Part shown: positions 53,762-64,000 of the stretch, piece after piece
Layout: every line of letters starts with the position of its first letter
How positions within the stretch are numbered: position 1 is the stretch's first letter
Source: Mayamaea pseudoterrestris
Lineage: Eukaryota
Assembly (NCBI GenBank): GCA_027923505.1
Contig: BROI01000022.1
Coordinates: 434,001-498,000 of the forward strand
Direction: 5' to 3'
Length of the DNA stretch: 64,000 nucleotides
Program-made: the position numbers and the translations under genes
The notes under the pieces: generated by a model
The model's input: only the letters and a program-made list of their open reading frames with translations
What the model was told of the DNA's origin: nothing
The model's database searches: none

Positions 53762-54505
53762 ATGGCGTTTTCCCAAAGGATCCAGCGTTGCCACAGGAAT
53801 GCTACATTGTCAATAACAACGTTTACCATACTATGGATACTTGTGTTTGCGCTGGCGCCAGTCGCTTCATCTTTGTCCTTGGCTTCTCTGCTCGTCCAGC
53901 GACGTACCTTCGTGGCAGCCATTGTTTCTGCAGCATCATTCTCGGACATTCAATCAAGTTTAACACCAGCCTCTCCCGACCAGCCGCAAATTAGCATTCC
54001 AGACTCACTGCAGCAGCAGTCACTTGTGGAAGGTGCGTGTTGATTGCGGACTTGATAGTTTGCTTGCGACGTTTTGGACATTAAACCTGAGACCTGAGAC
54101 CTTTCTCTTGTTGCACCTTGTGCAGGCCTCGTTTCGTTTGCGGATGCATTGTCGATGCGACCGAATCCTACGGATATTTTGTTCATCACTGGATCAACGA
54201 TTGATCAAGCTGACGTGGTGCTAGCTGGCGCTGCCGTTCCAGTCAGTCGCCTCTCCTTTCCCTTTCGTTTCCAACTGTCCGTCAAGAATGCGTTACGAAA
54301 TCGAAAAGAAGAGTTGGTGCAAGCATTCAAGAAACAAGACATTATGGTTGCCGTCAAGGTTTGCGCCAGCAATGAGTCGATGAGCGGCGACCGCCTAACG
54401 CTGCTGCAAACGTGCCAGCCCAGCGCGCAAGCCAATGGTGTGGCCAAGTTGCTGCGTTTGCAGCAAGGAAATGTTCGAGCACCCGTGCGACTTATATTAA
54501 AGTAG
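53762..54505 (+). CDS. Hypothetical, putatively plastid/thylakoid-targeted protein with a CcmI/CycH C-terminal-like beta domain; intron 54033-54125
   Basis: Hydrophobic leader, RR motif (VQRRTF), spliced GLVSF...TDILFIT...LAGA.....LSFPFRFQL...NAL. Confidence 0.55.
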
Positions 54506-54575
54506 AATGATAATGTACAGTCACTAGATATACTCTGATACAGGAAGCTGATTCTGCTTCGTTCGTTGGCAGCGG

Positions 54576-55380
54576 CTAGCAACCTTCTATTGGGCAGAGC
54601 TCGCATGGAGGGTTTGGTGCTGCCTCAAACAGCGTACCGCACTGTGACATGTAGCGACACGACGTGATGCGGCAATAGTAGCCAGGGTTGTTGGGGACTG
54701 CCTTCATGGAGTAGCCGCAGCCGACGTATCTGCTGCTAATCTTGGCGGCCACGTAAAAATGGCCGCCCAAGTTTGCCTCCTCGCCGTCCCACCAACCTTG
54801 CATTATCACTTCAGCGCTTCCCTTTGTCGATACCCAGTTCAAGGGACCCGCTGCCGATGCCAAATTCTCGCGGCCTACATGAAAGGAGATGGATGAGGTC
54901 AAGATTGGGATAGCTCTAATGGTCAGCAAAGCTTTGCGACTTACCATATGGATTCGCCTGACCATATATGCCTCCTTCATGTATCAGCTTGCAGTACTTG
55001 AAGAAACCCGCTTGTCCGTCATAGCAGGTTGGATCAGTGGAGCCTTGAAAATCGTCTTGTTGGATGAGAAAGTCCGTCCAGTTTTGCGCCGCTTCGGCCA
55101 AGGTGTTGCTCCATTTGACCGTGGCATTGATGGCGCTTATGCCGTTACGGCGATAATACGATTTTCGACGTTTAGTCGTAGCTTTCAGCCAATGTTTGGC
55201 ATATTTATCTGGCTTAGTGCATTTTCCCTTGGATTGGTTTCTTTTGCAGTATAAAACGCCGCAGCAATCTGTGTGCCTTTGGCATTCCCGGCCAGCGCGG
55301 ATGCATTGCGAGACCCCCGCGGCAAACGTCGACAGCCCCAAACAAAGGATAAGATGACTTAGATAGATGAATGATTTCAT
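54576..55380 (-). CDS. Secreted CAP (SCP/PR-1) protein with N-terminal knottin-like Cys motif; intron 54944-54875
   Basis: Signal peptide; KWSNTLAEAAQNW, C.LIH, GRENL, WWDGE, GHF, YVGCG, CRY. Confidence 0.82.
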
Positions 55381-55743
55381 GATGGAAGGTAATGCTTTGA
55401 ATGGATGAGCGGGATCTAAAATGCAGGTTTGTGACGGCGAAGAAGAGCAAATAATGCGTTCGCCAATTTCCTTCTTGGAATGATATGGAAATTTGGTCAT
55501 CAAATGAGTATAGCCCTCGCGTCTGATTGGTCAGTTTATGACAATATTCGTCGATAAGCCTTCCGAAGGCTTTTCAAATTGAACGGTTTCCAAGTCCGAC
55601 GGGTTCTACATACTACAAGTAGTACTGTATCGTGCCTTCGAGCATAGACAAGATACACTTTAGGCAAACTAAAGTCCTGGAAGTCTTGTATTATCCTATG
55701 TGTTCACTGGCTTTCGCCCTGCCCTCACCACACTGTCACCACT

Positions 55744-56757
55744 CTAGCATCCTTCAATAGGGCACATGGGTGTGTCACAGAGAGGATTTGGGTCAAAGAG
55801 CGATTGTGAACCACATCTCGTCATGTATCTGCATGCTGTAATGTGGCAATAAAATAGTCCTGATGGGGTCACTACCTCTTTGGTCGATTTGGCGCAGCCC
55901 ATGTATCGGCTGCTTATCTTCGCCGCTGCACGAAAGTGGCCGCCCATAGCTGACTCTTCACCGTCCCACCAAATTTGCATGATGGCTTCTGGAGTACTAA
56001 TTGCCTGCAGGTCCAGCTCTGAGTCCGCGCCTGATGAATACAAATTCTCGAGGCCTGTCACCCCAGCAAAATAGCATCCATATGAGAAAAACGTGTAAAT
56101 GTCTCCAAATTAGAACAATGACACACTTTGTGCTTACCATATGGGTCTGAACTTCCAACCCCATCGCCCTCGTGGACTATTTTGCAAAATTTGGAAAATC
56201 CTGTTTCTATATCGTAACATGAGGGGTCGCTTAGGCCCTGGCAGTCGTCCAGCTGAATCAAGTAGTTGGTCCAGCTCTGTGCAGCTTCGGCCAAAGTGTT
56301 GCTCCATTTTATTGCATGGTCTCTCGTGCTGAAATCATTCTTCGTGTAGTAGGTGAAACGACGGCTGCTTGTGGCTTTGATCCACTGTTTGGCGTATGGG
56401 CCGGGGCTTTTGCAAACGAGTTTATTGGTTCTCTTGTTCTTCTTTGTGCATATCAAATCGCCGCAGCATTCTAAATTGAAGAATAACGAAGTGAGCAATA
56501 CTATAATTCTCTTGCTTTGACTTGGACATGTGCAACCGCAAGCGATTCGTTGTTGGTCGCATTCGTCTCACGAAAACTGCTGCACGAAAAGGCCTCATTT
56601 TTGTCGATCGCCAACCTCGGATTTGACACCTTCCCTTTTACTCACGTTTATGTGTCCTACAAGCCCTGCCTGATGCTTTGCAGATCCTACCGCCCAAGAC
56701 AAATGAAAAGGAGCACAGGCTGATCACAGCCAGCCGAAAAAGACCAGCCGCAACCAT
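55744..56757 (-). CDS. Secreted CAP protein, tandem paralogue; exons 56757-56646, 56470-56138, 56054-55744
   Basis: Same CAP motifs as the neighbour (KWSNTLAEAAQSW, GLENL, WWDGE, GGHF, YMGCA, CRYM, CPIEGC) and a shared intron position. Confidence 0.82.
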
Positions 56758-57077
56758 CTCTGACGAAACGCAGTGGAAACTGTGGCATAAAACCAACTTT
56801 GATCGTGCTGGTTTGTCGACATTTCGAAATGTCACTTTTTGGCACGACCCATGACCGGCAACACGATCATTATGACCGACCAAGTGTGACTTACAAAACA
56901 GTGGGTGGCGCGTGTGCTTAAAAATACAATCAGCTACGGTACATAAGAGTACGTATGCCGCACCCTACGCTGCATTCACAATGGATCATGCTTGCCGCAT
57001 AGCAGTGGACATCCAGTATAAGCTGAATGTGTAAAGTTGCAACAAACAGCTTTTATGAAATAGTTGTCCAACGATGA

Positions 57078-58313
57078 TTACTTTGGCTTGTAGACGCATG
57101 GATATTGTTCGACATGCTTTTGCCACTCGTCATCCGTCAGTGAATGGTCCCAAGGACGCCCAAAATAGCCAGCTTGGTAGTCGGCATATGCTTGGTTAAC
57201 TTCATTGTCATTGTTCAGCACAAAACTACCTTGCTGGGCGACAGGCTCCATGAGCGGGTCTCCGGCTAGAAAGAGAAAATCGGCTGCTTCATCGCCAGTT
57301 TGCAAAACAACACTAGCTTGCCGACGACCATCAAACTGCGTCAAATATTGCGTCTCAATCTTGTCTTGGCCGCATTTCACACTTCCTAGTCGCATATATA
57401 GCATGGCTGTTTCCAAGTTGGCGCTGCATTCCCACGTTGCATGCGGTTCCATCTTGACGTGAAGCACCAAAAGGTTTGAATCCAGGGGCGCGCCGCTGCA
57501 TGCGCCTTGGTAGCATCCTGCCAGCACGAGCGTCTTGGATTTGTCGTTTGTCACCGTAGGAGTATGACGCGCGTCAGCATTTGCATCGTTATCATTTGTA
57601 TCTCCACCAAGTAGAATGCTAAATGGTGCGTTATACTTTTTCGCTCGCGGGCAATTGATCCACAGCTGAAAGAGTTCCTGCCGCGTCGGAGACCACCACG
57701 ACTCGTCATGGAGAAACATCTCCTCATGCAACACACCGGCTCCCGTATACAGCCACTGCGAATGATGCGTTTGCTTGCTTCCGTAGACTTGCTTTTGCCC
57801 CAACGAGTCGCGATGCACAAAGCCTCCGTCCAATATAAATGTCAATGTCACAAAGCCTCGGTGCGGATGTGATGGAAATCCTTCTGGTAGTATAAACTGG
57901 CGTTGAAACCAGCGAATTGGATCCCATGGTGCAAAGGAATGAACGTGATGCACTAGCAGAATGAATGGACTTGCGGCAGCGTTGAGTGGCATTGGACAGA
58001 CTCGGCCGGTAATGACATTTTCAAGATGAGCCGACAATTTCAGAGAAAGTCGTCCAAGAAGCCACAGTAACACGCCGTTGGCGACTGGCCATACTGGAAG
58101 GCGAGGGTTTTTTTCAGAGCTTGCAATGTAGCGACGAGGGGCGTTTTCCTGTCGTGGTAGCTCATCATTTTCTCGTTCCTTTGTGGTTAAAGAGTCGATT
58201 CTTTCATTAGAAACACTCCATATTCTATTCAAGCTTCGTTTTCTATGATTAGGAGTTACAAAGGCCAATGTCATAGGCGACCATAGCAGCAGAAGCGTCG
58301 AAGGATTCCTCAT
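57078..58313 (-). CDS. Pirin-family bicupin, probably plastid-targeted
   Basis: PFILLVH, GFPSHPHRGF, HRDSLG, QW..TG.GVLHEE, FQLWIN, EPV.QQGSFV; signal peptide with TLA-F. Confidence 0.9.
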   Translation of the reverse strand: MRNPSTLLLLWSPMTLAFVTPNHRKRSLNRIWSVSNERIDSLTTKERENDELPRQENAPRRYIASSEKNPRLPVWPVANGVLLWLLGRLSLKLSAHLENVITGRVCPMPLNAAASPFILLVHHVHSFAPWDPIRWFQRQFILPEGFPSHPHRGFVTLTFILDGGFVHRDSLGQKQVYGSKQTHHSQWLYTGAGVLHEEMFLHDESWWSPTRQELFQLWINCPRAKKYNAPFSILLGGDTNDNDANADARHTPTVTNDKSKTLVLAGCYQGACSGAPLDSNLLVLHVKMEPHATWECSANLETAMLYMRLGSVKCGQDKIETQYLTQFDGRRQASVVLQTGDEAADFLFLAGDPLMEPVAQQGSFVLNNDNEVNQAYADYQAGYFGRPWDHSLTDDEWQKHVEQYPCVYKPK

Positions 58314-58487
58314 GGTGAACGCGAAGAAATGGGATCCGCGGTTGTGACAACACATTTTCAAAGCCGGTAAGACAGGCGACTTTGGTTGCCACGTGGCCAT
58401 ATCCACTGTGATTAAGAAAGTACTCCACCACTGCGACATGATCATCGACACGATTGTGATAGACAGCAGTCACAAAAAATAAAATCC

Positions 58488-59642
58488 ATGGCCGACAATA
58501 ATAACGTTGACAATGATCATTTTCAGGAGGGGAACGGCATTGTGTTTCCTCGTCTCGAAAGCTTTCAACATTGGCTAGATCGCAACGGCCTTCGTGAGGA
58601 GGATGAAACGGAAGGCATTCGCGAGGATCGAGCGCGCGTTCAAGAGTCCAACGACTACGAAGCATCCTTGCACCGACAATACTTTGCCACTTGGGAGGAG
58701 GAGCAAGCAACGACTCGTTTGGAACGACTCAAAGTGTTACAGCAAGCTCCTCGTGAAACAATAAGCTTGATACCTGATGTTAAAACCAATCATCATCATC
58801 ATCCTGACGGAGCAGTACCGATTATAGCTCCATTGCAGCCATTGGCCAGCGCCTGCGAAACAATCTTTGCACTCGTGGCGTCGTGGGACAAGTATCAGTG
58901 TCAACCTGATGAGGCCGGAAATATACAGCCGAGTCGTAACGCAGGTCAGGTGATTTCTCTGTCGCTTCCCTTTAACGCAAATGCAGTTCAGCAGTTTGTC
59001 GATTTGGTGCTGCAAAAGATTACTCTGCAGGATATTGTCAACGCCAGCGACGAAACGGAACACAATGAACACGAGGAGGAACATCCAGTGATTGTTTGCA
59101 CTCGCCTGGCTCACTACTTACAAAACGCTACCATTTTGGACGTTTGCGTAAACCATTTGATGCAAGTCATTGACACTGACAATTGCCTGGCGCTGTCGCA
59201 ATTGGCAGATCAGTTGCACTTGCCACGATTATTTGAACGCGCACTCGGTCACATGATGGATTCCATGGACAATGTTGTCGAAGTGCTCGATGAGAGCGAG
59301 CAGGAGCATGGCTTGACGCGCGAGCTGCGCGAGCGCATTGAATCCATTCAAACGGCGGTGCGCACGTCGCTGCATTCCACTAACCACAAGCGACTATACT
59401 TTTCGTCATTGGAGGAATACATTGCCATTTTTGCCGAGCGTGTGCAGTACTACAAGGAGCGACTGGCGGAAGCGGAGGAGCAGCAGGAGCAACGACCCAA
59501 CAATTACGCGAGAGCATGGCATGATGCGCAAGTCAAGATTAATCGTCAAAAGGTGCGGGTGCACACGTTGGAAGCGGCGCTGCGGGAGCAAAAGAAGATG
59601 TTTGCACGGTCAATGCAGAATCATGGTAGTGTAGAGACGTAG
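58488..59642 (+). CDS. BTB/BACK-like domain protein with C-terminal coiled coil
   Basis: LAHYLQ...LDVC...L...IDTDNCL.L..LAD.L.L..L...A pattern typical of the BTB-BACK junction. Confidence 0.7.
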   Translation: MADNNNVDNDHFQEGNGIVFPRLESFQHWLDRNGLREEDETEGIREDRARVQESNDYEASLHRQYFATWEEEQATTRLERLKVLQQAPRETISLIPDVKTNHHHHPDGAVPIIAPLQPLASACETIFALVASWDKYQCQPDEAGNIQPSRNAGQVISLSLPFNANAVQQFVDLVLQKITLQDIVNASDETEHNEHEEEHPVIVCTRLAHYLQNATILDVCVNHLMQVIDTDNCLALSQLADQLHLPRLFERALGHMMDSMDNVVEVLDESEQEHGLTRELRERIESIQTAVRTSLHSTNHKRLYFSSLEEYIAIFAERVQYYKERLAEAEEQQEQRPNNYARAWHDAQVKINRQKVRVHTLEAALREQKKMFARSMQNHGSVET

Positions 59643-59692
59643 TGTTAATGTGATATGCTAGTGAGAGTTTTGTTAACGTGACTGCTATACTT

Positions 59693-60647
59693 TTACGGTT
59701 GAGCATCCGCTTTCACAGTCGCAGCTGTCGCTGATATACGATTGACATTGTATATTCGAAGCGTTTCATCATCGAGCGAAATGGGATGTGGCCGAACTCG
59801 CTTTGGAAGTTCATTCTGCTTTCTCCAAAACGGCCACAGCCGTCCAACGATTTTTCCCTGTATCCAGTCCAACGGTACTGGTCCGTACTGTCGCGAGTCA
59901 ATGGCCAAGCCGGGGCAGTCTCCTTCCACCCAGACTGTGTTTTCGAATACCACTATCTTTCGTCTTGGATCGCGCGCTGCTGTTGCTGCTCCATCATTGT
60001 TGCATGTTGCATCCCAGCCGCACGACCGATCCATCCAGGAGTGAACCTGTTCGGTAACTGGCGGCCACGTAATACCCCAATTGATTGGATCCTGCTCCTC
60101 GAACAAGTGCACGTACTCGCCGTACCGCTGCACCTCATCGCCAACCACGCCCACGACGCGCTTGCAGGAAACGTGGTGTGGATAATGCGGATGACTCAAG
60201 CCAACGAGGTCGCCGACGGCGTAGGACAGTTGCAGCGACGGAAACAAATACTGCAACAACTGATAGTAGACTGTCTTGTGCCACGCACTCTTTAAATAAA
60301 TGTCACTTCCATCGGGCGCGAGGGTGGGAAGCATGGAGGGCCCCGTGATGCGAATGCAGCCGTACGGATTCGTTTGTTCGCTTGATGCCAATGCGGCCAG
60401 CAGTAGCCACAATGGAAATCGCCAGGCGGCCGCCAATGCATGCTGGCGCGTGTAAAACGTGTTGGATGATTTGTAGCGGACGGGGAGAATGTACTTTTGT
60501 AGAAAATGGAGGATTGATGCGTTGCTTGTAGGTGCTGCTGACGATGATGCAACGGTTGTCGCTGCATTCACGGTCGATGCCAATGTTGCCTCACCATTCG
60601 GTTCTGCTTTGGTAGGCTCGACTAAATGTTCGGTCAGCAAATGCTTC
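59693..60647 (-). CDS. Mitochondrial inner membrane peptidase IMP1-like (S26); 5' end interrupted by an LTR
   Basis: GPSMLPTL (Ser), KRVVG..GD (Lys), WVEGD....DSRQYGPVP; no in-frame ATG before the catalytic Ser, and the frame is closed by a TAA inside the LTR. Confidence 0.8.
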
Positions 60648-61021
60648 TGTTAGAAAGTACGGTTGTACAATACCAAATAAAGACTCTGCAATTGCTAACG
60701 ATACTCGATATTATGACCTTATTCTGCTGCAAAACTACAATCGCTCCTCTCGCATCTTCAAGAGGTATCCTCTTCTGCAACTTGCCTCAAGTTGCACTCA
60801 ATATAGAGCATAAAGTAGCCATTCGGGCTGACGTTTGCACTTAACCACGTAAGCTTGTAGACTGACGCAAGCTCTTCTTGCAATTCAAGTTGAATCGCAC
60901 CTTGTTGCTTTCTTTGGACCGTTTTGGCTTCTTGCGGGTTACCTCAGTCCACTCATCGTTAGCTAACTCATCCTCATCCTTAAGTCGGTCCGAGCACCGT
61001 GAAGACTTGCTATTCACAACA
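60648..61021 (-). repeat. 3' LTR (374 bp) of a Ty1/Copia element
   Basis: On the minus strand it begins TGTTG immediately after a polypurine tract and ends CTAACA (TGTT...AACA termini); the 5' LTR lies outside the window, so identity cannot be confirmed. Confidence 0.75.
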
Positions 61022-64000
61022 CCCTCCTTGCTCGTATCGACGACCTTTCTGAAACCATTATAGATGAACGCAGCATGCCTCGTATGCGTCTCCTCCTTAC
61101 AATTCTTTGACGTTATATCAGCAGGGTTCTCTTCCGACTTGATGTACTCAAACTTGATCCGTTTCTCCGCCGTCAGCTCCGTCAGGAACCGATGCCTAAT
61201 GTCAATGTGTTTCGTCCTTTGTCCCACTTGATTATTATCTGCCAAGAATATCGCACCAGTGTTATCCGCATGGATGATAGCTGGGCTTGGAGGATCCTTG
61301 CCAATGATTTCCTTTAACAAGTTCGTCTCGAAGATGATTTCTTTTGCTTCTTCCGCTTGACCAACGTACTCGGCTTCAGTACTTGAAAGGGCAACGCTTC
61401 CTTGTTTCTTCGACTGCCAACTAACCAAGCAGTTGCCTCCGACCGTTGTCAAGTTGCTATTGATGCTGCGCCGATCGTTCTTATCGGACGCCCAATCAGT
61501 GTCGGTGTATCCTTCCGGGCGCAAGTTCTCTGGCGTCCTCAACTTCAATGGCTTGGCGTTATGCTTTAGATATCCCATCAAGCGCGCCCACGCTTCAATG
61601 CTCCTTTCCAGGATTCGCCAAGTGCGATGACAAGTCTCTAACCGCGTTGCTGCAATCTGGGTAGACCTTCCTCACAGCGAAGAGCACTTTGCCGATATGC
61701 TTTCGATACGCCGCCACGTTGATGATGCTTCCTTCGTTCTTCATCAAGACGCTCCCTCCTGCCGCTGGGGTTGGATAGAACTTGAGCTCCCTCCTGATAT
61801 CCTTTTCGAACGCCGCTATCATCTCATCGGTATACTGTTTCATCGAGCACTCGAAGTACACGCCGTGCTCGTCCGATTTCAACTCGTAGTCCACGCCAAG
61901 GAATCGTTCCAACGGACCCAAGTCCTTGATCTCGACATGCTTCTTGATCCAAGCTTTCAACTTGTCTGTTTCGCTTGTGTAGCCCGAGTTGATAACGTCG
62001 TCAACGTAAACCGTCACGATCAAGACCAGTTCACCGTCGACATGCTTTAGAAAGACGCACGGATCCGTCTTCGACTGCACCAAGTTCATGTGCTTCGCAT
62101 CCTTGAGCAGCTTGATAAAGTACTGCTGCCACAGTCTCGACGCGTTCACTTGTCCATACTGGGTCATTGACAGACGAATGCAGTGTCGTGCGATTGAATG
62201 TCCTTCCTTGCGACTCGCAATAGTCTTCGTAAAGGACTGGCGCCTCGATGTACAGCTCCGTCTCCGCTGGCGCTTGCAAGAATGCCGCGCACACATCGAA
62301 CACTTCCGCCACTTTCCACACTTCCGTTCGCTTCGCATTGACTCGCTTGCCTGCATCCAACTGCTTCTTCTTGTATAGCGACACACCAAGATGAGTGCGG
62401 ATTGATTGATCGACTGGCGTCGACGCAAAACTCTCTTCAAAATCAATTCCTGGCACCATTTCGTATCCAAGCACTGTATTCCTTACGCGCGCTTCAATTT
62501 CCTTTGTGATCGGGTTCATCTTGTACGTAAAGACGTTCTTCGTTCCAAGTGTCTTTCGATTAGGAGGACGAGGGACTTCAGTCCACGCTTTGCCATCAAA
62601 CTTGCCATACTCAATGAACGTAGGCTGCTCCCAAGTGGCTCGATTCTGCTCATTGTACGCCTCCCTCCAGTTCTTCGGGACAGGCGGTGGCGACTTGCCT
62701 GAAACCACAGCAAAGACTAGATCTGCAAGGTTAACTGGATCCTCATGGTCACTTGTGATGGATCCTCCCTCCTCGATTGCAATCACGGGCGCGCCAGCCG
62801 TGCCCTCCTCGCCGCTAACGTCGCCAACTCCGATAGGTGCGCCACCATGTGCAAGTTGTTCTCCAGCTTCGATCTCCTCCGTTAAATCAACCACAGCTCC
62901 ACGATCAATCACCTCGTTTAGTACGCGACCTTGCATCAACTGCTGTCCATGGTCAACTTCGATATCAGCAGCTGAATCCCTCCTCAAGGGAGCACCACGA
63001 GAACGAGTCATGATCGGCGAGCGCATCGGCACATTGCGCGGCGGGCGAGGGCCAGTGCGCGCCGGCGCAGTCGTGCCATCATCCTCCACTTTTCCATCCG
63101 GAGGCATTCCACCATGACCAAAGCTCCCCAACGATTCATCGTCAGACTCTTCAAAGAAACCTTCTTCATTGCCATCATCGTCGTCTTCTGTACCCTTTTT
63201 AACGAAAGGATAGACCCACCGAACATCTTTTGTGGCAATCACTTTACGTGTGGATCGCTTGTAAACCAAGCACGTTTCTGCAGCGTGGCGTGGAGCGTGT
63301 CCCACATAAAAGCATTCCTCCGCCTTGGGGACAAAATGGCGTTGATTCACCATGGGGATCTTGTAATAACCACGCGCTCCAAAGGGAAGCAGATTCTTTG
63401 CTCGCACAGGCACAGTCTCTTTGAAAGGGGTGTAAGCGTCGGTATATCCAAGGCGCGGAATCAAATTGTCCTTTACCGTCGCCAGCTCGAGGCAATTTCC
63501 CCACAACGCCATCGTCTCAGCGTGGGTCAACTGATTCTCCTCAGCCATCATACTTGCGTGTCCCTTGTTGCGGATTGTTGGAAACGCTCTCTCCACACGG
63601 CCGTTCTGCATTGGCGTGTGAGGCGCCGTCTGCTCTATCTTGATTCCTCGAACCAAGCATGGCTCGACAAGCAGCTCCCATTCCGGTGCGTTGTCGCAAC
63701 GAAGAAAACGACAACGGAACTCCTTCGCCTTTAACCAATCAATCAACGCAACAATCTGCTCGGTAAACTCGTTCTTCTGAGCGCCAAAGTAGCTCCACTT
63801 GCGACGAGTTGCATCATCGACGATCAAGCACCAGTAACGATTCTTGCCGAGAGACTCTTTATACGGACCGCTCAAGTCGAGAAACAAACGCTCACCAGGA
63901 TGCTTCGCCTCTATCTCCGTCTTCTTCTTCACGTTCTGCGACTTAGCTTTCGCCTTCTCGCAAGCAACGCAAAAAGCCAACGTTCCGACAAGCTTCCAAC
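60841..64000 (-). pseudogene. pol: Copia pol (integrase, RT, RNase H) with two frameshifts near 62185 and 61597
   Basis: Integrase CxxC, DLSGP, CDNA, QNGRVER; RT DVCAAFL, YGQVNASRLW, DPCVF, YVDD; RNase H YTDTDWA, SSTEAEY, DN, RTKHIDIRH, NPAD; split over three ORFs. Confidence 0.88.
61022..61033 (-). other. Polypurine tract of the Copia element
   Basis: GAGCAAGGAGGG on the minus strand directly preceding the TG of the LTR. Confidence 0.7.

Larger units (their letters stand above)
60648..64000 (-). mobile_element. Ty1/Copia (CoDi-like) LTR retrotransposon, 3' part; continues beyond the window
   Basis: Order integrase-RT-RNaseH-PPT-LTR is diagnostic of Copia. Confidence 0.93.

Overview
This is gene-dense eukaryotic nuclear DNA, most likely from a diatom. 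That assignment is inferred from short GT-AG introns, bipartite signal-peptide plus Phe ('ASAF'-like) plastid presequences and a Copia-type LTR element. About 38 protein-coding genes can be supported, including SAICAR synthase, a POR-like SDR, RsmH, DBP3, CCB1, PanC, ADCK1, HPPD, ClpP, DusA, HPRT, NDUFAF6-like, V-ATPase C, an inositol 5-phosphatase, SPP, GT8, VPS9, an aspartic protease, two CAP proteins, pirin and IMP1-like. Mobile and repetitive DNA comprises a 405-bp TA-flanked MITE, an adjacent ~1.35-kb minisatellite array, and the frameshifted 3' part of a Ty1/Copia element whose 3' LTR abuts, and appears to remove the start of, the IMP1-like gene. The most notable observations are unusual domain architectures: a degenerate PurE-like domain N-terminal to PurC, a dsRBD plus BuGZ-type GLEBS protein, knottin-CAP tandem paralogues, a D-threonine-aldolase-like protein lacking its PLP barrel, a Tat-signal POR-like protein, and a stop-free in-frame intron splitting a catalytic DSG motif. 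No rRNA, tRNA or CRISPR array was found, and no multi-gene novel system is evident. All homology calls are by eye; no searches were run.
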